Positions 9,501-16,928 of a stretch of 25,998 nt of DNA are shown piece after piece; positions within the stretch are counted from its first letter, which is position 1, and every line of letters starts with the position of its first letter. Source of the DNA: a virus. Its lineage: Duplodnaviria; Caudoviricetes. The DNA lies in the IMG/VR virus record IMGVR_UViG_3300038492_000369, positions 1 to 25,998 of that record; one strand, 5' to 3'. Made by a program: the position numbers and the translations under genes. Under the pieces are notes generated by a model. That model worked only from the letters and a program-made list of their open reading frames with translations. It was not told the DNA's origin and did no database searches.

Positions 9501-11417
9501 AGAGCTTCCTTGCCAAGCTGGAGGACTTGCCTGCCATTGAGAACCTCCCCAAGTAAGAACATCAAAAGTAGTCGCTCCATCTTGAAGAATCTGGTCAGGA
9601 TCAACACTGCCAGTAAACGTCCCTGCTACTGTTAGGTTAGTAATCGTTGCGTTAGCTACTGTAGTTATATCATTACCCGCTAAAGCAACAGTAGAAGTAG
9701 CTGCTCTAGAATCAATAGGAGATCCTCCTCCACCTCCCCCAGGAAGGTTCCCTACATTAGTCTTCTCTAACTGACCAGAAGTAGCCTCGTAAATCATTAT
9801 GAAGTCTCCAGTAGTCGGAGTGGCTTCTTCTGTAAGATTAGTAATAGTAGAAGGATCAAATATTAACTCTCCATTAACATCTACCTGTCCTTCATTCCTA
9901 AATTCAACTAATGGAGTTTCTCCACCTGGATTATTATCCGTAGAGAAATAAAGGTTTAGATCATCCCCTCCTGTAGTTGACTCTCTCAAAAATGCCCACT
10001 GGTTTGAAGTAGTAGGATCTACAGAAGATACAGTCTGTATAAAGCCTAACTTTGAACCAAAGTTTCCTGATGGAGTACTGACAATTTCAACAGAAGAATC
10101 GGTGCCCTCAATCGTTATGTTAGCTCCTACATTCCCTGTGTAATCTGCAAGAGGAGTATACTCAGATCCATGAGAAGTAGCCTTAACTCTCATGGTATCA
10201 GCTTCAGATTCACCCTCTACAAGCAAACCATACTGAAGACTAAAATTACCACCAATCCTAGTAATCCCATTAGTACTAATTCTAATAGGAGCTTCTGTCC
10301 AAGCATCAGCATAATTTGTAGAAGTACGAAACTTACCAATATGCAACTCACCACTTGCAGAACTAGATGGAGCCCTGCCTATTGAATAAGAATTTACAAA
10401 CTCACCACTAGCTCCAGTCTCACCTAAGATGATTACACTAGCATGTCCACCTTCATCTTTTGAGAACATTACTAATTGAGAATCTTCTCCATTCATCAAG
10501 ATATTTGCATACTTACTTCCAGTAAGTTGAGATATTGGCAAATGAGCATTTTCTATATCAAAAGGATGCAAAGGACCTTGAATATGCAATGGGAAAGCTG
10601 AGAAAGTATTAGATGGACTACCAATTTCCAGCTGAGTACTAACATAAGTATTTGCAACATTGCTTATGTTATTAGCTCCCATATTCACATCGTTGGTAGC
10701 TGTTGTATTGTCTAGCCTAGTATCCGTTCCTCCAGAGATACCAGTAATGCCAGAACCATCTCCAACAAATGCAGTAGCTGTCACAGTCCCAGCATTTGTG
10801 ATGTCAAAAGTCCCCATATTTACCAGATTAGTAGCAGTAGTATTGTCCAGTCTTGTATCTCCCGAACCTGAGATATTAGTCAGTCCTGCTCCATCTCCAT
10901 AAAACACACCATTGGAAACAACTACCCCATCGATAACACCTGTCTCAGTTAATGTATTAAAATTAACCAGATTAACCCATGTAACCGCTGTCCCACCTGA
11001 AGCAAATGGACTCTTCTTAATCACTAATGTGCCTTGTTTATAAGTCACTAAATTCGTATCGGTGTCTACAAGAGTTACCTCATAAACAAATGCTGAACCA
11101 TTAGTATTCAACTGAGCTGCACTAAAATAGAAATCAGCAACACCCAAAGGCCCTGAAACAATCGTTGTAGTGCTAGTTGCATATACAGAATCATGAACTG
11201 TTGGGCTATAAGTCATAGATGCTGTATGTCCAGTAATATCTTGAGCAACATCATCATCCTTAAATGTGACTCTAAATGTCCTGTCATTATTCTGGTTTAC
11301 AGTAAGCTTAGGAGCTTTAGTACTTTGTGTATCTATCTCTACTGGATATGGAGGTGGAGCAGCAGACACAGCTCCAGCAAAGAGGAAGCACATCAACGCT
11401 TTAATAGTTCTTTTCAT
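6576..11417 (-). CDS. signal-peptide-bearing large tail-fibre/adhesin-like protein (1613 aa) with BppU-like N-terminal domain, duplicated modules and Gly-rich repeats
   Basis: Start moved to MKRTIKALMCFLFAGAVSA|APP (ATG 11417, just after the upstream stop at 11428). N-domain with DITG...YEVTL...GTLVI pattern, fibre-type GDGSGITG and GQVL...G.G.LSW motifs, poly-Gly hinges. Confidence 0.75.
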   Translation of the reverse strand: MKRTIKALMCFLFAGAVSAAPPPYPVEIDTQSTKAPKLTVNQNNDRTFRVTFKDDDVAQDITGHTASMTYSPTVHDSVYATSTTTIVSGPLGVADFYFSAAQLNTNGSAFVYEVTLVDTDTNLVTYKQGTLVIKKSPFASGGTAVTWVNLVNFNTLTETGVIDGVVVSNGVFYGDGAGLTNISGSGDTRLDNTTATNLVNMGTFDITNAGTVTATAFVGDGSGITGISGGTDTRLDNTTATNDVNMGANNISNVANTYVSTQLEIGSPSNTFSAFPLHIQGPLHPFDIENAHLPISQLTGSKYANILMNGEDSQLVMFSKDEGGHASVIILGETGASGEFVNSYSIGRAPSSSASGELHIGKFRTSTNYADAWTEAPIRISTNGITRIGGNFSLQYGLLVEGESEADTMRVKATSHGSEYTPLADYTGNVGANITIEGTDSSVEIVSTPSGNFGSKLGFIQTVSSVDPTTSNQWAFLRESTTGGDDLNLYFSTDNNPGGETPLVEFRNEGQVDVNGELIFDPSTITNLTEEATPTTGDFIMIYEATSGQLEKTNVGNLPGGGGGGSPIDSRAATSTVALAGNDITTVANATITNLTVAGTFTGSVDPDQILQDGATTFDVLTWGGSQWQASPPAWQGSSNPVVLDITTRRVGIGNGIAGLAPKLGIGGDTDEPQLVIEGHSTQTDDVLIIRNDAGTENFTVSDAGAVAMASGSLSINGVAYTFPATNGTSGQVLEENGSGTLSWATPSGGGGGTPVDARSVTATVVFAGNDITTVANATITNLTLEGTMTATNSTLSVSNISAQTTSFNTNLATHYVHIGSPSNTFTEARLNVQGPDHPFHLTASMLAPQPANAVHANVYLNGEDSQIVAFSENEGAHGTVFVLGETTAAGAFNNSWTIGRSSTVGADDGALHVGKYRSVTNWGDAWSDAAIVIPTNQFVRMPNGKLRLTAPNITDEYVVDSFYTSDSSGYLVMEGSDFLMSIISSPAGSYGSRLDLTEVVGTGDATVSNLWSFARRTTGSGGALELHYNTDGNPSAETPNVTFEDTGEVIFHDNELQSIGVATITNLTEEASPTTGDFIMGYEATSGAMRKFDIGNISGGGGGGGTVQDSNLTVTPTDVGLVAYTAALGTNSIDLQTVRTVGGSSSTAQINHGDKSSILGGENNRIAIAVTNGVVAGGNGNEISVAGNLGSIIGSGINNGIDTAADNIVIGGGDGNTVSGASNDEAVIAGGNGNSITGGGTGETISGGSNNQISGGSGSVIAGGSGNTKSASGLRDVIGGGENNLISVTGGRSVIAGGQGNTIEGPHNVIGGGQSNFIGDNTTAHSSILGGQSNVIDPLTGGHNTILGGNGCSVSAVAGISYVLLWGNDVDVLSANVTGSMGFGESIDIDHNGCFYITDDNGGVHDTQANDTFYTDFAGGHGFNTENVDSTLSVNGAITLDEMAAPGTPDANRVVIYNDSADGELKVKDENGSVVNLEDKFYTITIPSAIFTVADGTTYHVGNSDGGNKTDFDREKVYIPVAGEIYGFVVKVRVAGTLASTENVTHQVRLNGTTDVGSTLGTWDAVNGWHAQSGMATNVSAGDFVSLKVVTPTWVTDPTSTQVGGQIIIKTN
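7360..7950 (-). repeat. tandem ~15-aa (S/V)I(A/G/L)GGxxNxI protein repeats (YadA-head-like beta-roll); approximate bounds
   Basis: SSILGGENNRI, VVAGGNGNEI, VIGGGDGNTV, VIAGGNGNSI, TISGGSNNQI, VIGGGENNLI, VIAGGQGNTI, VIGGGQSNFI and others. Confidence 0.8.
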
Positions 11418-11427
11418 TTTCTTGTCC

Positions 11428-12918
11428 TTAGTCTGCATAGTACACCAACCCATTCGTGCTATTTATATAATCTACCAAAGGATGAAGCTTCTTTATCGAC
11501 CATCCTGAAGCTGTATATCTAAAATCTTCTGTTGCTGATCCGGTAAACTCTTGTAACCAAAGAGGATCTGTAGTAGATCCTGAAGTCCCATCTGGTGCAG
11601 AGCCATAATCAGCGTGTGTGCTAAGATTTGTATCTCCTACGGCAAGAGAACCAGTATATGAGCCAGACACTGCAATGTTTGATTCCGTACCCCACAAATA
11701 AGATCCTACACCTGTAAAAGATGAACCCTGAGCATGAAAGAAAGTGTCCGGAGAATTAGTAGACTCATGCTGAAATTCCAGATAGAGGTCTGCTGAAGAA
11801 CTCTGTGCTTCTGTATAAAAAACATCAGGCTGAGAAACCCATACATAATAATCTATATCAGCATCTAAATTAGTTGTGTTCATGTCGAACACTGGATAAA
11901 AGTAAATATTATCCAGAGCTACATGGTAGGAACATCCACCAGAAACAAACCCAACATGAGTAACTCCACTAATAACACTGTTTCTAGGCTTAACTCCTGC
12001 AGTTAAAGCATCATTAAACCCACCACCTGTCCCATCAAATGCTATATTTGTAGAACTATTTATGGCATTTGTTCTAGCGTCTTCCCATACTGACTCTAGC
12101 TTATCATACCCTTTAGCATAGTTAGTCTCACCTTTATTATCCCAAGTGATATTCCCCATATATGGATATGACAACTCATTTAAAATGTCATCCATTGCAT
12201 GCCAGCCATATTGATTATTGGTGGAATATGTCTCTTTGTATGTGAAAGAAGCTTCTACAACTTCTGTAGTCCATATAGTTCCAAACCAATTTGTCCTAAA
12301 TATAGTATTGGTCGTATCAGTCAGAGGAGGATTAAAGTAATCCCCAGGCAATGACAAATTATTAGTAAGTGTTTCTAATGTCATTGCAGCATCTAAAGAA
12401 TAAGAAACATGGTCAGCAGTATTAGTATCTAAAGTATCATCATCACAATGATTCCAAGCATTTGTTACTGCATTAGTAGACAGAACCCAATCACCCTGAA
12501 TTATGATATTTGTATCTGCAAAACTGCTAACATTATTTGTTACCCACTCTTTATACAATACAAGCAATGAGACAGAAAAATCTGTATTAGTAATGTTTCC
12601 AATTACTCTGTGCAAACTATGAGTAGTAGGTACAGAAACACCTATAATTTCTGACCTCTCTTCTATTGCATTGTATACATTTGAATGCATAACGTCAGAG
12701 ACCATAACTCTTACAGGCTCGGAGTTGGTCCATATTGTCCCAAACCAATTTGTTCTGAGCCAAGTATTACTGGCGCCAGTCTCATAATAGCGCTCATGGA
12801 GCCCTAAGCTCAGCCCTGAAGAGTTTGTTGTACCATTCCAAACATTAGTATCCCATCCAGCTGCAAAGCACCAGGAGGGCAATATAAGGAAGAAACAAAA
12901 TCTATGAGCGGTTATCAT
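11428..12918 (-). CDS. signal-peptide-bearing TN-rich protein in the tail-tip position (496 aa), function unknown
   Basis: Start moved to MITAHRFCFFLILPSWCFA|AGW (ATG 12918); 21 TN dipeptides counted by hand; RTNWFGTIWT occurs twice. Confidence 0.7.
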   Translation of the reverse strand: MITAHRFCFFLILPSWCFAAGWDTNVWNGTTNSSGLSLGLHERYYETGASNTWLRTNWFGTIWTNSEPVRVMVSDVMHSNVYNAIEERSEIIGVSVPTTHSLHRVIGNITNTDFSVSLLVLYKEWVTNNVSSFADTNIIIQGDWVLSTNAVTNAWNHCDDDTLDTNTADHVSYSLDAAMTLETLTNNLSLPGDYFNPPLTDTTNTIFRTNWFGTIWTTEVVEASFTYKETYSTNNQYGWHAMDDILNELSYPYMGNITWDNKGETNYAKGYDKLESVWEDARTNAINSSTNIAFDGTGGGFNDALTAGVKPRNSVISGVTHVGFVSGGCSYHVALDNIYFYPVFDMNTTNLDADIDYYVWVSQPDVFYTEAQSSSADLYLEFQHESTNSPDTFFHAQGSSFTGVGSYLWGTESNIAVSGSYTGSLAVGDTNLSTHADYGSAPDGTSGSTTDPLWLQEFTGSATEDFRYTASGWSIKKLHPLVDYINSTNGLVYYAD

Positions 12919-13423
12919 AAATGCACCATCCGCCAAACCACAATCTTTCAAAATTAGTTATAGCCTGTACTGCTGGATCTCCTGGGTCTGCAATATTCCC
13001 TACAGTTACTCTAGCTAATGCGAAATGTTGGAATTTGTCCGATCCGGCAGGAAGCTCGTCTACTGCACTCATCTCGTAACTGAGACCTCCAGACAAAGGC
13101 TCAGTCTGAGAATAGTCTATTCTAAGAGAAGCATAATATAATCCTGATGTACCATTGAACTCAGTAGCTACTACGTCTGGAGCTACCTGAAAGAACGTTC
13201 CTGCATAACACAAAAACCCTTCTGTGAATGCCAAGAATGTAGGATTACCACTCCCATTATTAATAGTATATGGATCAAAAAACCCATTCCCAGAAGCACT
13301 TCCTCCTAAAAAGGATATTGAAGTACCTCTCATAGATTGTGTTTGAGTTCCCCCGCCACCAACAGTGACTCGATTTCTTCTTACTTCTCTCTCTATTTTA
13401 TCTATTCTACGAGCTAAACTCAT
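12902..13423 (-). CDS. putative tail-tip/baseplate protein (173 aa)
   Basis: Second gene after the TMP; N-terminal helix LARRIDKIEREVRR, Gly linker, beta-rich body; ATGA coupling. Confidence 0.55.
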   Translation of the reverse strand: MSLARRIDKIEREVRRNRVTVGGGGTQTQSMRGTSISFLGGSASGNGFFDPYTINNGSGNPTFLAFTEGFLCYAGTFFQVAPDVVATEFNGTSGLYYASLRIDYSQTEPLSGGLSYEMSAVDELPAGSDKFQHFALARVTVGNIADPGDPAVQAITNFERLWFGGWCIYDNRS

Positions 13424-14139
13424 ATACCTATAATCCCAGACTCATAAGTTATATTCTCAAATTGATCCTGCCAACAACGCCTCTTAACTGTATTATCAGC
13501 AGGATCAAGGAATCTTCCCGAATGTTTATATTCAACTGTATATTCCCATAATCTTTTTGCTGCTCTACTAGAAGATATGCCAGCACACAACCATTCCTCA
13601 GCTACAGCACCAACAAATGGATCATTGTCTGCAGAATTAATCTTACCAATCCTATCCAACAAAGGAACTATTGGATCAGTAGTAAAGGTTCCTGGATTTG
13701 CTGATATAGGATTATCTACAAATTTTGTAAGAGTATAGATCAAACGAGGAACCATATATGTCTTCCTTAAACTAGGATCTTCAGAAGCCAATACAGCAGT
13801 TACATCATAATCAATAGCTGTATCGAAACGCTCTGAGTCTTCATATGTATTAGTTACCCCTCCATTGCCATGAACTGTTTGCCATATAGGAATAGCTGTT
13901 ACAGTAACTAAATGTACAGGAGTGTTTACATCTCCATTATCATAACCATCAAAAGCATAATCCACTCTACTAATAACCCAATTAATTGGGAAATTAGATG
14001 AAGCTCCTGAAGCAAATAGTCCAGCTTTAGGAAGATCAGCAGCTAAGTTAGTAGTTCTAAAAATTCTAGTTTGAGAATCTTGTCCAACTGCATCACTATG
14101 TTGAGGAGATCCTTGAAATGGTAGTTCTATCAAAGCCAT
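13420..14139 (-). CDS. putative distal tail/hub protein (239 aa)
   Basis: Immediately downstream of the TMP with TAATG coupling; beta-rich; function from synteny only. Confidence 0.55.
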   Translation of the reverse strand: MALIELPFQGSPQHSDAVGQDSQTRIFRTTNLAADLPKAGLFASGASSNFPINWVISRVDYAFDGYDNGDVNTPVHLVTVTAIPIWQTVHGNGGVTNTYEDSERFDTAIDYDVTAVLASEDPSLRKTYMVPRLIYTLTKFVDNPISANPGTFTTDPIVPLLDRIGKINSADNDPFVGAVAEEWLCAGISSSRAAKRLWEYTVEYKHSGRFLDPADNTVKRRCWQDQFENITYESGIIGI

Positions 14140-15197
14140 TATCTTAGCCCCTCTGAAAACTCTCCAGATCCAGTCTCTATGACAAAGTCTCTAAGTATTT
14201 CACCAAACTGTCTAACAGTAACCTTGAATGCTTCTATAGATGCACCAAAAACATCTTGACCTCTATTCCTAGCAGCTTCAAAAGCTTGAGCCTGTTCAGT
14301 AGTTCCTGCCACTGCGCCAACATTTCTTATTTGCCTTACGCCAGGAATAATATCAATCGGAGTAATCTTTCCTTCTCTAAGTTCCACTAAAAGCTTAGTA
14401 AGGTCCTCGATAAATGGCCCTATTCTTTCTCCTATACCCTTGCCTATCGAAACAAAATCTATCTGAGAAAGGGCTTCTACTGCTCGCTGTAAATCATCAG
14501 CAAAAACAGAAAAAGCTTGGAGCTTCAATCCTTCTAGCTTTAATTTAATAGTAGTGAAATGATCATCAATTAATTTTGACTGAGCAGCTAACCCTTTCAT
14601 AAATAGGCCTGCCTTTTCAGCCTCTTCTTGCATCTTCTCTAAATTCTCACTACCCATACTTAGAAGAGGCACAAGCTCTGCTCCTCCTCTTCCAAACAAA
14701 TCACGACCAATCTGAATCTTTTTTGATGTAGAATCTAGCTTTTGAAACTCATCAGCTATATTCTTAAACATCTCAATAGGAGAAACATCACCAATCAACT
14801 TAGGATTAATATTCAATTCTCTAAAAGCATCTGCATACTGCTCTGTACCTCTTTTAGCTTCCTCCATTGCATCGCTAAGGAAAATCAATCCAGTACTCAA
14901 GGTTTCAAATGAAGTATGTTCTTGAAGAGCTGAAACACGCAAACCAGCAAGTTCTCTTTCAGTAGCTCCAGTGATCTTCATCACCTTGTCCATTTGGACT
15001 CCAAGAGAAATAGAATCTTTAGAGATCTTCCTAATCCCAGCACCAAAGGCTGCAAGACCTCCTATAGCAGCTCCAGTACCTAGAACTGCCGCACTACGAG
15101 CTATACCTCCTAATGCGCCTCCAATGCCTGCTAATCCCTTTAGAGCTCCCTTGGCTCTAGAATTAACCACTATATCTAATCTTGAAGTTCTAGCCAT
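14139..15197 (-). CDS. tail tape measure protein (short, 352 aa)
   Basis: Ala/Gly-rich hydrophobic N-segment; TMP-like motifs AFRELNI, MFKNIAD, LFGRGGAELVPLL; follows the chaperone frameshift. Confidence 0.88.
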   Translation of the reverse strand: MARTSRLDIVVNSRAKGALKGLAGIGGALGGIARSAAVLGTGAAIGGLAAFGAGIRKISKDSISLGVQMDKVMKITGATERELAGLRVSALQEHTSFETLSTGLIFLSDAMEEAKRGTEQYADAFRELNINPKLIGDVSPIEMFKNIADEFQKLDSTSKKIQIGRDLFGRGGAELVPLLSMGSENLEKMQEEAEKAGLFMKGLAAQSKLIDDHFTTIKLKLEGLKLQAFSVFADDLQRAVEALSQIDFVSIGKGIGERIGPFIEDLTKLLVELREGKITPIDIIPGVRQIRNVGAVAGTTEQAQAFEAARNRGQDVFGASIEAFKVTVRQFGEILRDFVIETGSGEFSEGLR

Positions 15198-15414
15198 TAC
15201 GTTTAGCTATTCCTAAATCTATTAACTTTTGAGCAGACTTTTCAGTTTCTTCTGGAGTCTGCTTTTGAGCCGTACCAGCAGAAAGTAAAAATGCTGTATC
15301 AACTGTGACTTCATTTGGGTTTACACCACTCATCAAAACTGCTCTGCGGAGTCTTTCGAATTCCAACAAGAAGACGTGAATAGACTTGTCTAGCTCTAGG
15401 ACTCCGCATGAGTA
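15190..15414 (-). CDS. tail assembly chaperone -1 frameshift extension (gpT-like part of gpGT), 74 aa
   Basis: The -1 frame after the slippery site is open for 74 codons (YSCGVLELDK...LGIAKRNG*) and its stop overlaps the TMP start. Confidence 0.85.
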   Translation of the reverse strand, partial: YSCGVLELDKSIHVFLLEFERLRRAVLMSGVNPNEVTVDTAFLLSAGTAQKQTPEETEKSAQKLIDLGIAKRNG

Positions 15415-15701
15415 AAATTTTCAGGTAACGTTCCTGAGTTCCAGAAACTCACTAACGGGACTGAATCTCCTATACTTACATCTGCTGGATTTACTCCACA
15501 TTGAGAACACAAATGCTCAAGAGCTTTTCTCAAATTCTCAAAAGCCTCCCAATATTCATTAGTGCTCGTATCATTATTGCCTTCAAACTCAGCATAAGCA
15601 TCAATCACTTGCCTTAATGCTACGTACTTTGGAGCCCCTGTATGTGCTAACTCAATAGGCTGTACTTCTATCTCTACACCCTTAGTCGTTGTATATTTCA
15701 C
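15396..15701 (-). CDS. tail assembly chaperone (gpG-like)
   Basis: Between the tube genes and the TMP; ends ...PENFTHAES with a slippery site at N-F. Confidence 0.8.
   Translation of the reverse strand: MKYTTTKGVEIEVQPIELAHTGAPKYVALRQVIDAYAEFEGNNDTSTNEYWEAFENLRKALEHLCSQCGVNPADVSIGDSVPLVSFWNSGTLPENFTHAES
15414..15420 (-). promoter_or_regulatory. programmed -1 ribosomal frameshift heptamer A AAT TTT
   Basis: X XXY YYZ pattern in the correct frame (GAA AAT TTT), five sense codons before the stop. Confidence 0.85.
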
Positions 15702-15718
15702 GTCTTTTCATTCCTATC

Positions 15719-16126
15719 TTATGTTTCTGTGAACGTGCTTCCCGTCAATGTAAAGGTTGCTGTAGCTTGACCAAACTCTCCAGGCAATCCTGAATCCCAT
15801 TCAAATGATGATCCTACTGCATGAGTTGTAGTTCCATTTGCTAAGGATAAATTTGCATTACTGGTATCATCACCTGCTTGTTTGTAATCAAAATTGAATG
15901 CCCCTGCAGCTGCTACAACAGCATTCAACATTGTAGATGGATCAAGGCCAGTAACTGTAGCTGTCCTAGACTTTGGCCCTACGTTCAAATGCCCAGAGTA
16001 ATTAGACCCTGAACTTGTATTATGAGTAGCTTGACTGTCGTAAGTAATAGCTACAGTTAAAGGCTCTGAAATTGATACACCATTTATTGATGCACTAACT
16101 ACATTAAAAAAGACTGTTGCTGGCAT
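15719..16126 (-). CDS. tail tube protein-like, paralog 2 (135 aa)
   Basis: Directly upstream of the chaperone; small beta-rich Thr/Ser/Gly protein; similar to the upstream gene. Confidence 0.6.
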   Translation of the reverse strand: MPATVFFNVVSASINGVSISEPLTVAITYDSQATHNTSSGSNYSGHLNVGPKSRTATVTGLDPSTMLNAVVAAAGAFNFDYKQAGDDTSNANLSLANGTTTHAVGSSFEWDSGLPGEFGQATATFTLTGSTFTET

Positions 16127-16135
16127 AGCTTTACC

Positions 16136-16537
16136 TTATGTAATAGTTATGGGATTTGTTGTCCCGTCAGAAGAAAAGCTGTTAAAATTAATAGAAGCAT
16201 CACCAGGATTTCCGGGTTCAGGAGTAGTTTCCGAATACCCATGAGGAACAGTCCCAGTGATTGTAAAAGTCTTAGCAGTTCCTCCTCCATCACTAGCTGG
16301 ATGAACTACTACCAAACTTGCAGCTGAGTCACCCTCAAGAGCCTGCAGGTTTATCCTATCAACTCCTTCTAGAGTCGCTGATACATCCCATCCTCCAGTA
16401 GTAGCCGCATCAGCAAATACTTGACCATCACCACATACAACTGGAGTGACTGTTCTTGAAAGCGAACAAGTGAACCTAGTTATTCCTGCAACTGCTGCCG
16501 CATTGTGCGTAGCACTAGTTATATTCTTAGTAGACAT
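16136..16537 (-). CDS. tail tube protein-like, paralog 1 (133 aa)
   Basis: Size, composition and position; aligns by eye with 15719-16126. Confidence 0.6.
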   Translation of the reverse strand: MSTKNITSATHNAAAVAGITRFTCSLSRTVTPVVCGDGQVFADAATTGGWDVSATLEGVDRINLQALEGDSAASLVVVHPASDGGGTAKTFTITGTVPHGYSETTPEPGNPGDASINFNSFSSDGTTNPITIT

Positions 16538-16926
16538 TAAGCACCTCTTTCATATAGCTGAAACCATAGCTGCGGAGTCCCACTTGCCGCTATATGGTAG
16601 ATTGTAGTTATTGTTGACTTCAAAGGAATAGCAGCCCAATTCAATTCAGAACCATCATTTGCATTAAGCGTAAAGTTATACACTGTTGTCGCTGTGCCTA
16701 TATCAATAGTCTCTGCTGCTGTTGTACTCAAATTCCTTAGCAAAAGAAGTCCAGGACCATTCCCACCTGTTATATGTGTATCAATTGTAATACTTCCCTC
16801 AGAAGTACTAGTTGATATACTTCCAAACTGCTCTCCATCACCTGATGTGATAGATATGTTCTCAGAACGAAACTGTATATTCTTGGTTTGATCACTCAAA
16901 TTTATTGATAGCACTAATGATGACAT
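16537..16926 (-). CDS. putative virion structural protein (beta-rich, 129 aa)
   Basis: Within the neck/tail operon; TAATG coupling to the next gene. Confidence 0.55.
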   Translation of the reverse strand: MSSLVLSINLSDQTKNIQFRSENISITSGDGEQFGSISTSTSEGSITIDTHITGGNGPGLLLLRNLSTTAAETIDIGTATTVYNFTLNANDGSELNWAAIPLKSTITTIYHIAASGTPQLWFQLYERGA

Positions 16927-16928
16927 AT

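Noticed and set aside
8100-10860. Repeats in the fibre gene as a diversity-generating retroelement TR/VR pair or invertible cassette
   Set aside because: The repeats are in-frame protein duplications with general synonymous divergence, not adenine-specific changes; no reverse transcriptase or invertase is in the window
4353-11522. Plus-strand and alternate-frame ORFs inside the large minus-strand genes (e.g. 6534-7037, 7564-7962, 11193-11522, 6824-7042)
   Set aside because: Shadow ORFs of low-complexity Gly/Thr/Ser-rich coding sequence, fully nested and without recognisable motifs. The same applies to antisense ORFs in the head genes and early genes.
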